From a bacterium (GTDB taxonomy: Bacteria > Zhuqueibacterota > Zhuqueibacteria > Residuimicrobiales > Krinioviventaceae): a stretch of DNA of 48,484 nucleotides. Every line of letters starts with the position of its first letter. Position 1 is the first letter of the stretch. Below, piece after piece: positions 18,368 through 26,637 of this stretch. The notes under the pieces are model-generated. The model saw nothing but the letters and a program-made list of their open reading frames with translations, was not told the origin of the DNA and did not search any database. Location of the stretch: NCBI GenBank assembly GCA_963674595.2, contig CAXXFV010000011.1, forward strand, positions 1 to 48,484, in the 5' to 3' direction. The position numbers and the translations under genes are program-made.

Positions 18368-20278
18368 TTAGAGTGGCAGTAATATTGTAAAAGTCGTTCC
18401 GCCACTGGGGCTACTTTTACAATATAAATTTCCATTATGTTCTTCTACTATTTGTTTGGCAATTGATAATCCGAGGCCTGTACCATTGGCTTTTGTACTA
18501 AAAAAAGGACTGAAAATTTTGGCCGCATTTTCAGGTGTAATCCCCTCACCATCATCTTTGATTAATATTTCCGCATGGGAATTGACTCTTTCGGTTTTAA
18601 GCAAAAGTTGTCCGCCTTCAGGCATTGCTTCCATACTGTTTCGAATCAAATTATAAAGAACACGGCGGATCTGGTCGTTATCAAATTTTAAAAAAGGAAT
18701 TTTTTTATCACAAACAACAGTCATTCTTATTTTTTGTTTTTTAATCTCTTTTCTCATAAAATGACAAATATCGCCGAGTAATGAATTTATATTTGAACAA
18801 TTTAATTTCGGACTTGGAAGCCGGGTAAAGCTTAAATACTCTTCGGTCAGTTTTACAAGTCTGTCAATTTCATTAGCAATAGAATTGATGAGGTCTTTGG
18901 CTTCATCTGTCTGCTGGTTTTCAAAAGCCTCAATTTCATCCAAAAGCAGTTCACTGTTTAAACTGATAGACGAAAGGGGATTGCGAATTTCATGAGCAAT
19001 CTTTGCCGCCATTTGCCCGACCATGGCCATTCGTTCGGCCTGGATTATTTTGGATTCGAGGTTACGTTTTTCGCTGATATCGCGTATCAATAAAGATACA
19101 CCTTTATCCCCATAGATGGCATCCGATATTTGAGACTTGTGTACTTCAATTAAAATCTCTTTTCCGTCTTTATTTAAACACTTGATTTCGTGTGCATCCA
19201 GACTTTGATCGAGACCCGGGTCATTCAGAGATATCGTTATATCAGGCAAAATTTCATAAATCCGATTACCCAGCGCCTGGGTTTTTGAATAACCGAATAT
19301 ATTTTCTGCTGCCAGGTTCCAGGAGGTAATAATACCTTCGTCGCTTATACCGATAATCGCCTCGGAAATACTGTCAAAAATAATACTGTTTATTTTATCC
19401 TGCTGGGCAACAAGTTTTTCAAGATTAGATAATTCGGTTATTTCCGTAACAATTTCCATTACATGCGTGGTTTTTTCACCTTTGGGAGAAAACGGTATGG
19501 TTCGGATTTGAAAGGTCCTTTTACCGTTATCATTTGTCGGGATTTCTGCCAAACCCCATTCCATTTTGTTGGATGCAAAACTTTTTTTTGCCGGGCAGCT
19601 TTCACAGCCTTCATGCTCATGCCAATCCAAAACATCACAGGAATGCCCGACCCTGTCGTTTCTTAAGAGTTTGCCTCCGTTTATATAACTGTAGGACCAT
19701 TCGATCATCATGTCTTTATTAAGCAAAGCTACGTCAATCCCAAGAGAAACGATGATATGTTCCAGCTTTTCTTTTTCAGCTTCAAGTTCTTTAATCAGTT
19801 TGTTTTCATTTAGATTGTTTGTGGAAGCATAATTATTAGCAGATAACGACTGTTGATGATGTGAAAAATAGTCCAGGTGTCCCTTTAGCATATTGGAGAA
19901 AAATTGATCAATATGATAATAAATTGATGAAAAATGTTCATTAGAAAATGATAATTGAGAATTGATCTGATTCAAAATAATATCCTTGCCGCAGAATAAT
20001 ATCTTTTGAATCTCAGATAATTTGAGGTTTTTGGTGAGACCTGTTAATTTAAGCCGACTAATAAAATGATAATTATAATAATTATCATAATCATGATTTA
20101 AAGAATCAAAAAAGGTGTTGATATATATTCGAATGTCCTGTTCAAGTTCATCTGCAAAATGGACATGCAAATAAGCTGACTCTTTTTGTAAAGTGTTGTA
20201 CCACCTTTGTTGAATTTCTGTTACATGATCATTAAGAAAGGAAATGAGCCGGCTTTTTATTTCATTCTGAGCGGGCAT
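18368..20278 (-). CDS. Cytoplasmic sensor histidine kinase (helical RsbRD_N-like N-terminus, two PAS domains, HisKA, HATPase)
   Basis: WNLAAENIFGYS PAS, AHEIRNPL, NLIRNSMEAM, DDGEGI, FSPFFSTK, GTGLGL. Confidence 0.9.
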   Translation of the reverse strand: MPAQNEIKSRLISFLNDHVTEIQQRWYNTLQKESAYLHVHFADELEQDIRIYINTFFDSLNHDYDNYYNYHFISRLKLTGLTKNLKLSEIQKILFCGKDIILNQINSQLSFSNEHFSSIYYHIDQFFSNMLKGHLDYFSHHQQSLSANNYASTNNLNENKLIKELEAEKEKLEHIIVSLGIDVALLNKDMMIEWSYSYINGGKLLRNDRVGHSCDVLDWHEHEGCESCPAKKSFASNKMEWGLAEIPTNDNGKRTFQIRTIPFSPKGEKTTHVMEIVTEITELSNLEKLVAQQDKINSIIFDSISEAIIGISDEGIITSWNLAAENIFGYSKTQALGNRIYEILPDITISLNDPGLDQSLDAHEIKCLNKDGKEILIEVHKSQISDAIYGDKGVSLLIRDISEKRNLESKIIQAERMAMVGQMAAKIAHEIRNPLSSISLNSELLLDEIEAFENQQTDEAKDLINSIANEIDRLVKLTEEYLSFTRLPSPKLNCSNINSLLGDICHFMRKEIKKQKIRMTVVCDKKIPFLKFDNDQIRRVLYNLIRNSMEAMPEGGQLLLKTERVNSHAEILIKDDGEGITPENAAKIFSPFFSTKANGTGLGLSIAKQIVEEHNGNLYCKSSPSGGTTFTILLPL

Positions 20279-20303
20279 CGAAACATTTCCTGGCGTTAAT
20301 ATG

Positions 20304-22073
20304 TCAAGCAGTACTTTTTAACTTTTTAAAGGATGTAACAGCCATTACAATGGCCACAATGATTAACAGAATGCCGGCAATCGACAGGGGATAATTACCC
20401 TTGCCGAGATTTTGAACAACCAATGTTACAAGTGCCGTCAGGGTCACAAAATACATAAATATCATAGGAATTTTGGTGAACCAGCTTGGCTTTTTCAGAT
20501 GGTTCAGCCATACGGTAACAGCCAACAAAGCCAGGGCTGCAAGCAACTGGTTTGCTGAACCGAAAATTGGCCAGATGGCTTTTGATGAGCCGGAAAAAAT
20601 AACAAGGGCACTCAGGATAATTGTTACCAGCGTACCAATATAACGGTTTGTAACAAGTACTGATTTTTTTTCTTTCTTTTTATTATCAAAAAATTCCTGA
20701 AAGGCAAAACGGGCTAGACGGGTGCAGGTGTCCAGTGTTGTTAATGCAAAAGCTGAAACGGCCAAACCAGAGAACGTAACAGCCGCGTGATGATCCACTC
20801 CAATTAACGGAATTTTTGACATAAACCAACCGATTCCCTGTGAAAAGATGGTTATAAAATCACCGTTTTGATAATATGTAGTAAACGTTCCTTTCAGCAT
20901 GGTGGCAGCAGCCAGAAGGGCCAGAATCGCAAGAACCGATTCAATCAGCATACCGCCGTATCCGATAATTTTTGCATCCGGTTCCCGGTTGATTTGTTTG
21001 GCGGTTGTTCCGCTGGCAACCAGTGAATGAAAACCGGATATCGCTCCGCAAGCTACCGTAACAAATAAAACCGGAAAAAGATAACCGAGATTAGTTTTAA
21101 AATGAGTTACTTCGGCTAACTGTAAAGCCGGTTTGGCAAAGAATATTCCTATGGTGCCACCAAGAAGAAGGGCATATAATAAAAACGAATTCAAATAATC
21201 ACGGGGTTGTAATAAAATCCACACGGGTGTTGTGGCTGCAATAAGCACATATAAAAGTAAAATAAAAATCCATAATGTATTTGTTGTTTTTTCTGCTTTT
21301 TTTACATCAGTTGCCAGATCATCAAATCCGGCTTCCTGTAATGCTTTTGCCATGATAGCCGGGCTGTTTGTTTTTTCAATTTGGCCGGATGTAACCAACT
21401 CGGTTATTTTTGTTGTCGTTTGTTCTGATTGAAATTGTGTATATAAAACCAGCGGGAATTTTGTTCCGATAAAGATACAGGTGAATAACAAAACAACACC
21501 GATAATGGAGGTAGGCGCCAACGGCAAATTTCTTCGGTAGATTCCAAAGCCGAATATAACAGCAACAAGTATAAATAATATGGAAGAGGATGCCACGGCC
21601 GGGACTGAAACAAATGTGGTTGCTACTATTTTACAAAATACCGCTATAACCAAAAGCATTGTCAGATATGCGAATGAGATAAATAAAATTTTACCTTTTC
21701 GTCCCAGATAATTTTCGATAAGCTCACCAATTGATTTACCCTGATGCCTCATAGAAGCAACCAACGCTGTAAAATCGTGAACACCACCTAAAAAGATTCC
21801 ACCAATAATAATCCACAAATAGACAGGGACCCATCCGAAAGTGGATGCGATAATGGGGCCCAGAATAGGGCCGGCACCGGCAATGGACGCAAAATGGTGC
21901 CCCAACAGCACCGGAGATTTTGCCGGAACATAATCGACTCCGTCGTTAATCTCGTGGGCCGGAGTTTTGCGGTTTATATCAATCCCGAGTTTTTTGGCTA
22001 TAAAAGCGCCGTAACTCATATATGCTAATATAAAGAGAATAATTCCGATGACGATAAGCAGAATGGAACCCAT
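20304..22073 (-). CDS. cstA: Carbon starvation protein A (peptide/pyruvate transporter)
   Basis: TPAHEINDGVDYVP, GHHFASIAGAGPILGP, PVWILLQPRDYLN, VACGAISGFHSL, IWPIFGSANQLL. Confidence 0.93.
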   Translation of the reverse strand: MGSILLIVIGIILFILAYMSYGAFIAKKLGIDINRKTPAHEINDGVDYVPAKSPVLLGHHFASIAGAGPILGPIIASTFGWVPVYLWIIIGGIFLGGVHDFTALVASMRHQGKSIGELIENYLGRKGKILFISFAYLTMLLVIAVFCKIVATTFVSVPAVASSSILFILVAVIFGFGIYRRNLPLAPTSIIGVVLLFTCIFIGTKFPLVLYTQFQSEQTTTKITELVTSGQIEKTNSPAIMAKALQEAGFDDLATDVKKAEKTTNTLWIFILLLYVLIAATTPVWILLQPRDYLNSFLLYALLLGGTIGIFFAKPALQLAEVTHFKTNLGYLFPVLFVTVACGAISGFHSLVASGTTAKQINREPDAKIIGYGGMLIESVLAILALLAAATMLKGTFTTYYQNGDFITIFSQGIGWFMSKIPLIGVDHHAAVTFSGLAVSAFALTTLDTCTRLARFAFQEFFDNKKKEKKSVLVTNRYIGTLVTIILSALVIFSGSSKAIWPIFGSANQLLAALALLAVTVWLNHLKKPSWFTKIPMIFMYFVTLTALVTLVVQNLGKGNYPLSIAGILLIIVAIVMAVTSFKKLKSTA

Positions 22074-22174
22074 AGATCATTCCTTATTTTAGGAGTGGAA
22101 TAATTGTTTTTGACCTGATCAAATATAAATTTTATTGTGGGAAAATGCAACGAAAACATGATAAAAATATTTGT

Positions 22175-22459
22175 TTATTTCTGTATCTTTTTAAACTCCC
22201 AGCCGAAAATTTTTGATGTCAACTTTCTGAGCCATCGATGGTGTGAAACAAAATATCTTATTTTATGATGTTTTTTAAGGGGTGATGCGTGGTTATTATA
22301 TGTTGAGTTTGGTCTGATTTTACGTTCTTCTTTTAATATCTCATCTGTCGTCAAAATACCTTTCGATACTAAAAGTCGAACAAGAGTTGCCGTTGAAACC
22401 TTGTTGGCAAAAGAAAAATCAGGAACTGCCGGTTTATTTTGGTCGGTTTGGTTTTGCAT
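22175..22459 (-). CDS. Hypothetical protein (94 aa)
   Basis: ORF 8 bp downstream of the receiver gene on the same strand; LVRLLVSKGILTTDEI helix and a basic His/Lys-rich C-terminus. Confidence 0.6.
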   Translation of the reverse strand: MQNQTDQNKPAVPDFSFANKVSTATLVRLLVSKGILTTDEILKEERKIRPNSTYNNHASPLKKHHKIRYFVSHHRWLRKLTSKIFGWEFKKIQK

Positions 22460-22467
22460 AAAATTTA

Positions 22468-22935
22468 TTATCGCAGTAATTTAGCTAATATAATTCCCAA
22501 TATTAACCAGAGCGGAATTGATACGATTAACGCCCAGTTTAGGCCTCTTAACAAGGGAATGGATTTTATATGTTCTTTTCTTTCCAGTCCTCGTTCAATT
22601 CGCAGTTTTAGTTCGTCTAAATTTACCGGTTTTACAAGGTAATCATAAGCTCCGGCCTGAAATGCTGTGACGGCCGAATCAAGGGACGGATACCCTGTCA
22701 GAAAAATAACCATACAATTATTATCAATGTTTTGAATTTGTTTTAATAATTCCATGCCGTCCATTTTTGGCATTTTAATATCAGAAACCACAAAATCGAT
22801 TGGATTATATTGAAATACATTTAAAGCTTCTACGCCATCCTGGGCGATAAAGGGGGTATGGCCCCATTTTTTTAAAACTTCCGGTAGTGTTTCTAAAATA
22901 TCTTGTTCATCATCAACAATTAAAATATTTGCCAT
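22468..22935 (-). CDS. Response regulator receiver with a C-terminal transmembrane helix
   Basis: ILIVDDE, VVSDIKMP, LTGY, DYLVKP, then NWALIVSIPLWLILGIILAKLLR. Confidence 0.85.
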   Translation of the reverse strand: MANILIVDDEQDILETLPEVLKKWGHTPFIAQDGVEALNVFQYNPIDFVVSDIKMPKMDGMELLKQIQNIDNNCMVIFLTGYPSLDSAVTAFQAGAYDYLVKPVNLDELKLRIERGLERKEHIKSIPLLRGLNWALIVSIPLWLILGIILAKLLR

Positions 22936-22986
22936 AATAAACTCCGATATAAATGAAAAGTGAGTTTTTGAATATCTTGTTTTTTA

Positions 22987-23619
22987 TCAGTTTGTTTTTT
23001 GATCCCAGGTACAAAGGTCTTTAATCGGACAATTTGTACATTTTGGTGATCTTGAATGGCATATATAACGTCCCAGTAATACTGCCAGATTTGTAAAAAG
23101 AACCCATTTATCCTGATCAATCAGTTTCATCAGCTTTTTTTCAATTTCTTCTGATTTGGCAGAACCAGACAAACCAATTCGGTTTGAAACGCGTTTAACA
23201 TGAGTATCCACTGCTATAGTCGGTTTGTCAAATGCGTGGCTCAGAACAATATTTGCTGTTTTACGGCCAACACCCGGCAGTTTTTCCAAATCTTCCAGAT
23301 TGTCCGGCACTTTACCTTTATGGTCGTTAACCAGACGCTGACAACACGCTACAATACTCATGGCTTTATTTCTGTAAAATCCTGTTGATTTAATCATCTG
23401 GGCAATAACATCAATTTTTTCCTGCGCTATTTTTTCAGGTTTCGGATAGGCTTTAAAAAAGGTTTTTGTAACGGCATTAACTCGTGCATCTGAACATTGA
23501 GCAGCTAAAATAGTTGCCACTAATAACTGGAAAGAGTTCTTGTATTCAAGCTCAAGTTTCGGATTGGGCCATTTTTTGTGTAATTTTTCTATTATTAAAT
23601 TTACATTGTCAACTGTCAT
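22987..23619 (-). CDS. nth: Endonuclease III
   Basis: LLVATILAAQCSD, HhH LPGVGRKTAN, AVDTHV, Fe-S motif C-x6-C-x2-C-x5-C (CHSRSPKCTNCPIKDLC). Confidence 0.95.
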   Translation of the reverse strand: MTVDNVNLIIEKLHKKWPNPKLELEYKNSFQLLVATILAAQCSDARVNAVTKTFFKAYPKPEKIAQEKIDVIAQMIKSTGFYRNKAMSIVACCQRLVNDHKGKVPDNLEDLEKLPGVGRKTANIVLSHAFDKPTIAVDTHVKRVSNRIGLSGSAKSEEIEKKLMKLIDQDKWVLFTNLAVLLGRYICHSRSPKCTNCPIKDLCTWDQKTN

Positions 23620-23734
23620 AAATTTTTATATTTCCTGATTCAATAAAATTTGGATTGATTTCTATGGAAGGTAATATTTAAATATAAAAAAAATTGTATT
23701 TTATGCAACATTAAAATTTTCAAAACAGGATAGC

Positions 23735-24250
23735 CTATTCCCCAAATATATATTTTTGATTATATATATTAATTTTTTCGTTATCTATTGCGCCAAAGTT
23801 GTCCCAGGTTTTTATAATTTCCAATATACCGTTTTCGAAATTTTGATGACACAGGGTAGAGGAGGTAATAGCCACATCATGCACTTTACCCGAAGGATGA
23901 ATATAAATTTTTACAACCATGGTACCTTTTAGTTCGGGCTCTTTTTTAAGGTATTTGTGATAATATTTTTGAATACATTCGTTATGTTCATTAATGAGTT
24001 GAGATACATAAAAAGTATCTCTCATTTGAAAAACAGACGAACTGTCTTGCTGTTTTTCAGTTTGTAACTTACTGAGCCAGTTCGGCAAATTTATTGCTTG
24101 GCGAAGACCAGATGAATCACAATCAGCCTTTATTGTATTTTGTTTTTTTGGGGAAATTAATTTATAGGATTTTTCTGCTGAAAAAACCGTATTTGAAAAG
24201 ATCAGAAAAGCGAGAATTAAATAAAGTTTCAAGAATATCCTCCGCATCAC
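23735..24250 (-). CDS. Exported protein with a TonB-C-like (AgmX/PglI C-terminal-like) domain
   Basis: Signal peptide; IQKYYHKYLKKEPELKGTMVVKIYIHPSGKVHDVAITSSTL...ILEIIKTWDNFG. Confidence 0.65.
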   Translation of the reverse strand: MMRRIFLKLYLILAFLIFSNTVFSAEKSYKLISPKKQNTIKADCDSSGLRQAINLPNWLSKLQTEKQQDSSSVFQMRDTFYVSQLINEHNECIQKYYHKYLKKEPELKGTMVVKIYIHPSGKVHDVAITSSTLCHQNFENGILEIIKTWDNFGAIDNEKINIYNQKYIFGE

Positions 24251-24277
24251 ACATCCAACACAAAACTACACATCACA

Positions 24278-24305
24278 AATATAAGGGAAATTCCCAAAAT
24301 GTCAA
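24278..24305 (-). promoter_or_regulatory. sigma70-type promoter with a palindrome in the spacer
   Basis: TTGACA-N16-TATATT; the spacer contains GGGAATTTCCC. Confidence 0.5.
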
Positions 24306-24318
24306 GAAATAAATAAAA

Positions 24319-24439
24319 GGGACGATAGTTTTTTTAAGGCTGTATCAAGAAATTGCGACCCGACAGACGAAACATCTTGAAATCTTCAACCTAATTGATG
24401 CCTGACTTATGCTGCCTACCATGTTTTTACTACCGTCCC
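24319..24439 (-). ncRNA. Candidate structured RNA (unassigned family)
   Basis: 11-bp closing stem GGGACGGUAGU/ACUAUCGUCCC (G-U pair only on the minus strand), nested AGGUUG/CAGCCU and UCAAGA/UCUUGA stems, followed by a U-rich tract. Confidence 0.4.
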
Positions 24440-24495
24440 GTTTTTAAAAAGTACCCCTGAGGTTTTTTTCAAATGTATGCGATGTAGTGTTATTT

Positions 24496-24927
24496 TTACA
24501 AATTCTTGGTCATAAAGGAAAAATCTGTTTTCTTTGCTGTTACAGTTTTATCTTTATGAGGTTCATTAACATCAACATTTGTTATAAACTTTTGAAGGTT
24601 TCCAATTTTTTTCGAGTTTAATGGTTTTAATACAATATCAACCGCTTTGAGTTTAATGACTTTGATTGCTCTGGCAACAGAAATCCCTTCGGTCAGTACA
24701 AAAACCGGAATCTCAGAATGTATTGTTGCCAGCGTTTCTAAAAGTTTCATCCCGGAATCATTCGGGAGATTTATTTCAACCAAAGCAATATCATACTTGT
24801 TAACGTCAGCTTTTAATATTGCTGCGTCTGATGATGTTACATCATCGACTGTGTGTCCATATACTTGTAACAAGTCCCGATTAACAATTAAATCCGTCTT
24901 ATTATTATCAACAAGAAGAATATTCAT
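24496..24927 (-). CDS. Atypical (Asp-less) stand-alone receiver domain protein
   Basis: ILLVDNN, YDIALVEINLP (Glu at the phosphoacceptor position), VLT, VLKP; RBS AGGAG. Confidence 0.8.
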   Translation of the reverse strand: MNILLVDNNKTDLIVNRDLLQVYGHTVDDVTSSDAAILKADVNKYDIALVEINLPNDSGMKLLETLATIHSEIPVFVLTEGISVARAIKVIKLKAVDIVLKPLNSKKIGNLQKFITNVDVNEPHKDKTVTAKKTDFSFMTKNL

Positions 24928-24995
24928 TAAGGGCTCTCCTAATGCTGCAGGCGCCTTGCTGCTATACGATTCAGTTGCAAATTCACAATCCTTAT

Positions 24996-25012
24996 ATCAA
25001 GTTTTGTGCCAA
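24996..25012 (-). promoter_or_regulatory. sigma54-type promoter for the atypical receiver gene
   Basis: Minus strand TTGGCACAAAACTTGAT: TGGCAC, GG-N10-GA. Confidence 0.6.
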
Positions 25013-25086
25013 AAATTTGAATTTCTGTAAGTGGTTGTTTTTTAAAGTTTGATTGATTTTGTTGATTATTGTTAATAAGGATGGAT

Positions 25087-25213
25087 TGCCGTATTTTGCG
25101 GTACTCTTTTTGATGAAAAAGAAAACAGCGTGTCTTAATTTGTTAAAAAATAATGAGTTATTTTTTGAAAGTCGGCAATGATGCATTTTTCGGAGGTGCA
25201 GTAAAATGCGGAA
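25087..25213. promoter_or_regulatory. Upstream activator sequences (two related imperfect palindromes)
   Basis: TGCCGTATTTTGCGGTA (25087-25103) and TGCAGTAAAATGCGGAA (25197-25213). Confidence 0.45.
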
Positions 25214-25237
25214 AGGTAATGTCCCCCTTTTTTATTT

Positions 25238-26617
25238 TTAATCGTCATCTGTACTGCTTATTTCATATTTTTTTAGCTTACGTAACAGGGTATCTCTGTG
25301 AATGCCCAGCATATTAGCGGCAAGACTTTTATTTCCACCTGTTAATTCAAGGACTTTTAAAATATGTTCTTTTTCTATGTCTGATAATAGCAATGATCTT
25401 TTTGGAGAAGCTGCTTCTGTTTTTGTTTGTTTTTCAAGGGTTGTTATGTGCAGTGGAAGGTCGTATAATTTTATTTCATCCTTGTCACATAATGCCACGG
25501 CCCTTCGAATGGCATTTGCCAGTTCCCGGATGTTTCCAGGCCAATGATATGCCTGCAGAGCGTCATTCGCTTCTTCTGATATTTTAACAGGTTTTTGGTT
25601 AAACTTTTGGGCAAAGTCCTGTGCAAAATGGTTGGCCAACAGCGGAATGTCTTCTTTAATTTCAGCCAGCGTCGGCATTGCTACGGTTACGGCATTTAGC
25701 CGGTAGTAAAGGTCCGGTCGGAACAAGCCTTCTTCCATACCCTGACGCAAATCTCTGTTTGTGGCCGAAACAATCCGGATATCAACTTTTTGAGACTTGT
25801 TGGAGCCGAGTCTTTGAAATTCATGTTCTTCAAGTACACGCAGCAGTTTTGCCTGCATTTGGGGTTTCATTTCTCCGATTTCATCGAGAAATAATGTGCC
25901 GCCGTTTGCTTCTTCTATTTTTCCCGGCTTGGAATTTTTGGCGTCGGTAAACGCTCCTTTTTCATATCCAAATAGTTCACTCTCTAAAAGAGTGTCCGGA
26001 AAGGCAGCGCAATTTAAAGCAATAAACGGTTTTTCCGCACGATCACTTGAATAATGAATGGCTGTTGCGGCGAGTTCTTTACCGGTTCCGCTTTCTCCCA
26101 AAACAAGTACCGGTAAATCTGTTTGTGCAATTTTGCTTATTAATTTTGCAATATTTCTAATTCGTTGTGAATTCCCTAATATGGTTTTACCTTTCGGTAA
26201 TTGCTGTGCAATATCCATAAAAGGTGTTGTTTGAGAATCTTGATTAATTTTGGCTAACAGTTCTTTAATCTGTGGAATGAGGTCTTCCATGATGACCGGT
26301 TTCAAGATGTATTGATAGGCGCCCTTTTTTACCGATTCAACAGCATCTTCAATAGAGCCATAGCCTGTTAACATGAATACATACAGGTCCGGTTTTTGTT
26401 TTTTCATTTCGCTGAGCAGTTCCATACCTGTCATGCCCGGCATTTTTACATCACTTATAACAATTTCTATATCATTGTGTTCCAGCAATTCTAAAGCTTT
26501 CATACCGTTTCGGGCCGTCAGACAGTCGATTCCCTCCAGGTCAAAAACGTCCTTGATGGCTCGTAAACAATTTTCCTCATCGTCAACAATTAGTACTTGT
26601 GGTCTTTCTTCAATCAT
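25238..26617 (-). CDS. sigma54-dependent response regulator (NtrC/AtoC family)
   Basis: VLIVDDE, VISDVKMP, GESGTGKE, ESELFGYEKGAFTDA, LFLDEIGE, WPGNIREL, HTH GNKSLAANMLGIHRDTLLRKL. Confidence 0.93.
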   Translation of the reverse strand: MIEERPQVLIVDDEENCLRAIKDVFDLEGIDCLTARNGMKALELLEHNDIEIVISDVKMPGMTGMELLSEMKKQKPDLYVFMLTGYGSIEDAVESVKKGAYQYILKPVIMEDLIPQIKELLAKINQDSQTTPFMDIAQQLPKGKTILGNSQRIRNIAKLISKIAQTDLPVLVLGESGTGKELAATAIHYSSDRAEKPFIALNCAAFPDTLLESELFGYEKGAFTDAKNSKPGKIEEANGGTLFLDEIGEMKPQMQAKLLRVLEEHEFQRLGSNKSQKVDIRIVSATNRDLRQGMEEGLFRPDLYYRLNAVTVAMPTLAEIKEDIPLLANHFAQDFAQKFNQKPVKISEEANDALQAYHWPGNIRELANAIRRAVALCDKDEIKLYDLPLHITTLEKQTKTEAASPKRSLLLSDIEKEHILKVLELTGGNKSLAANMLGIHRDTLLRKLKKYEISSTDDD

Positions 26618-26637
26618 TTCACCCTCGGTATATTGTT

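Noticed and set aside
24319-24439. tRNA, SRP RNA, 6S RNA, retron msr-msd or known riboswitch
   Set aside because: No TTC T-loop or CCA, no GGAA-tetraloop SRP domain, shorter than a typical 6S RNA, no reverse transcriptase in the window, and no recognised aptamer consensus.
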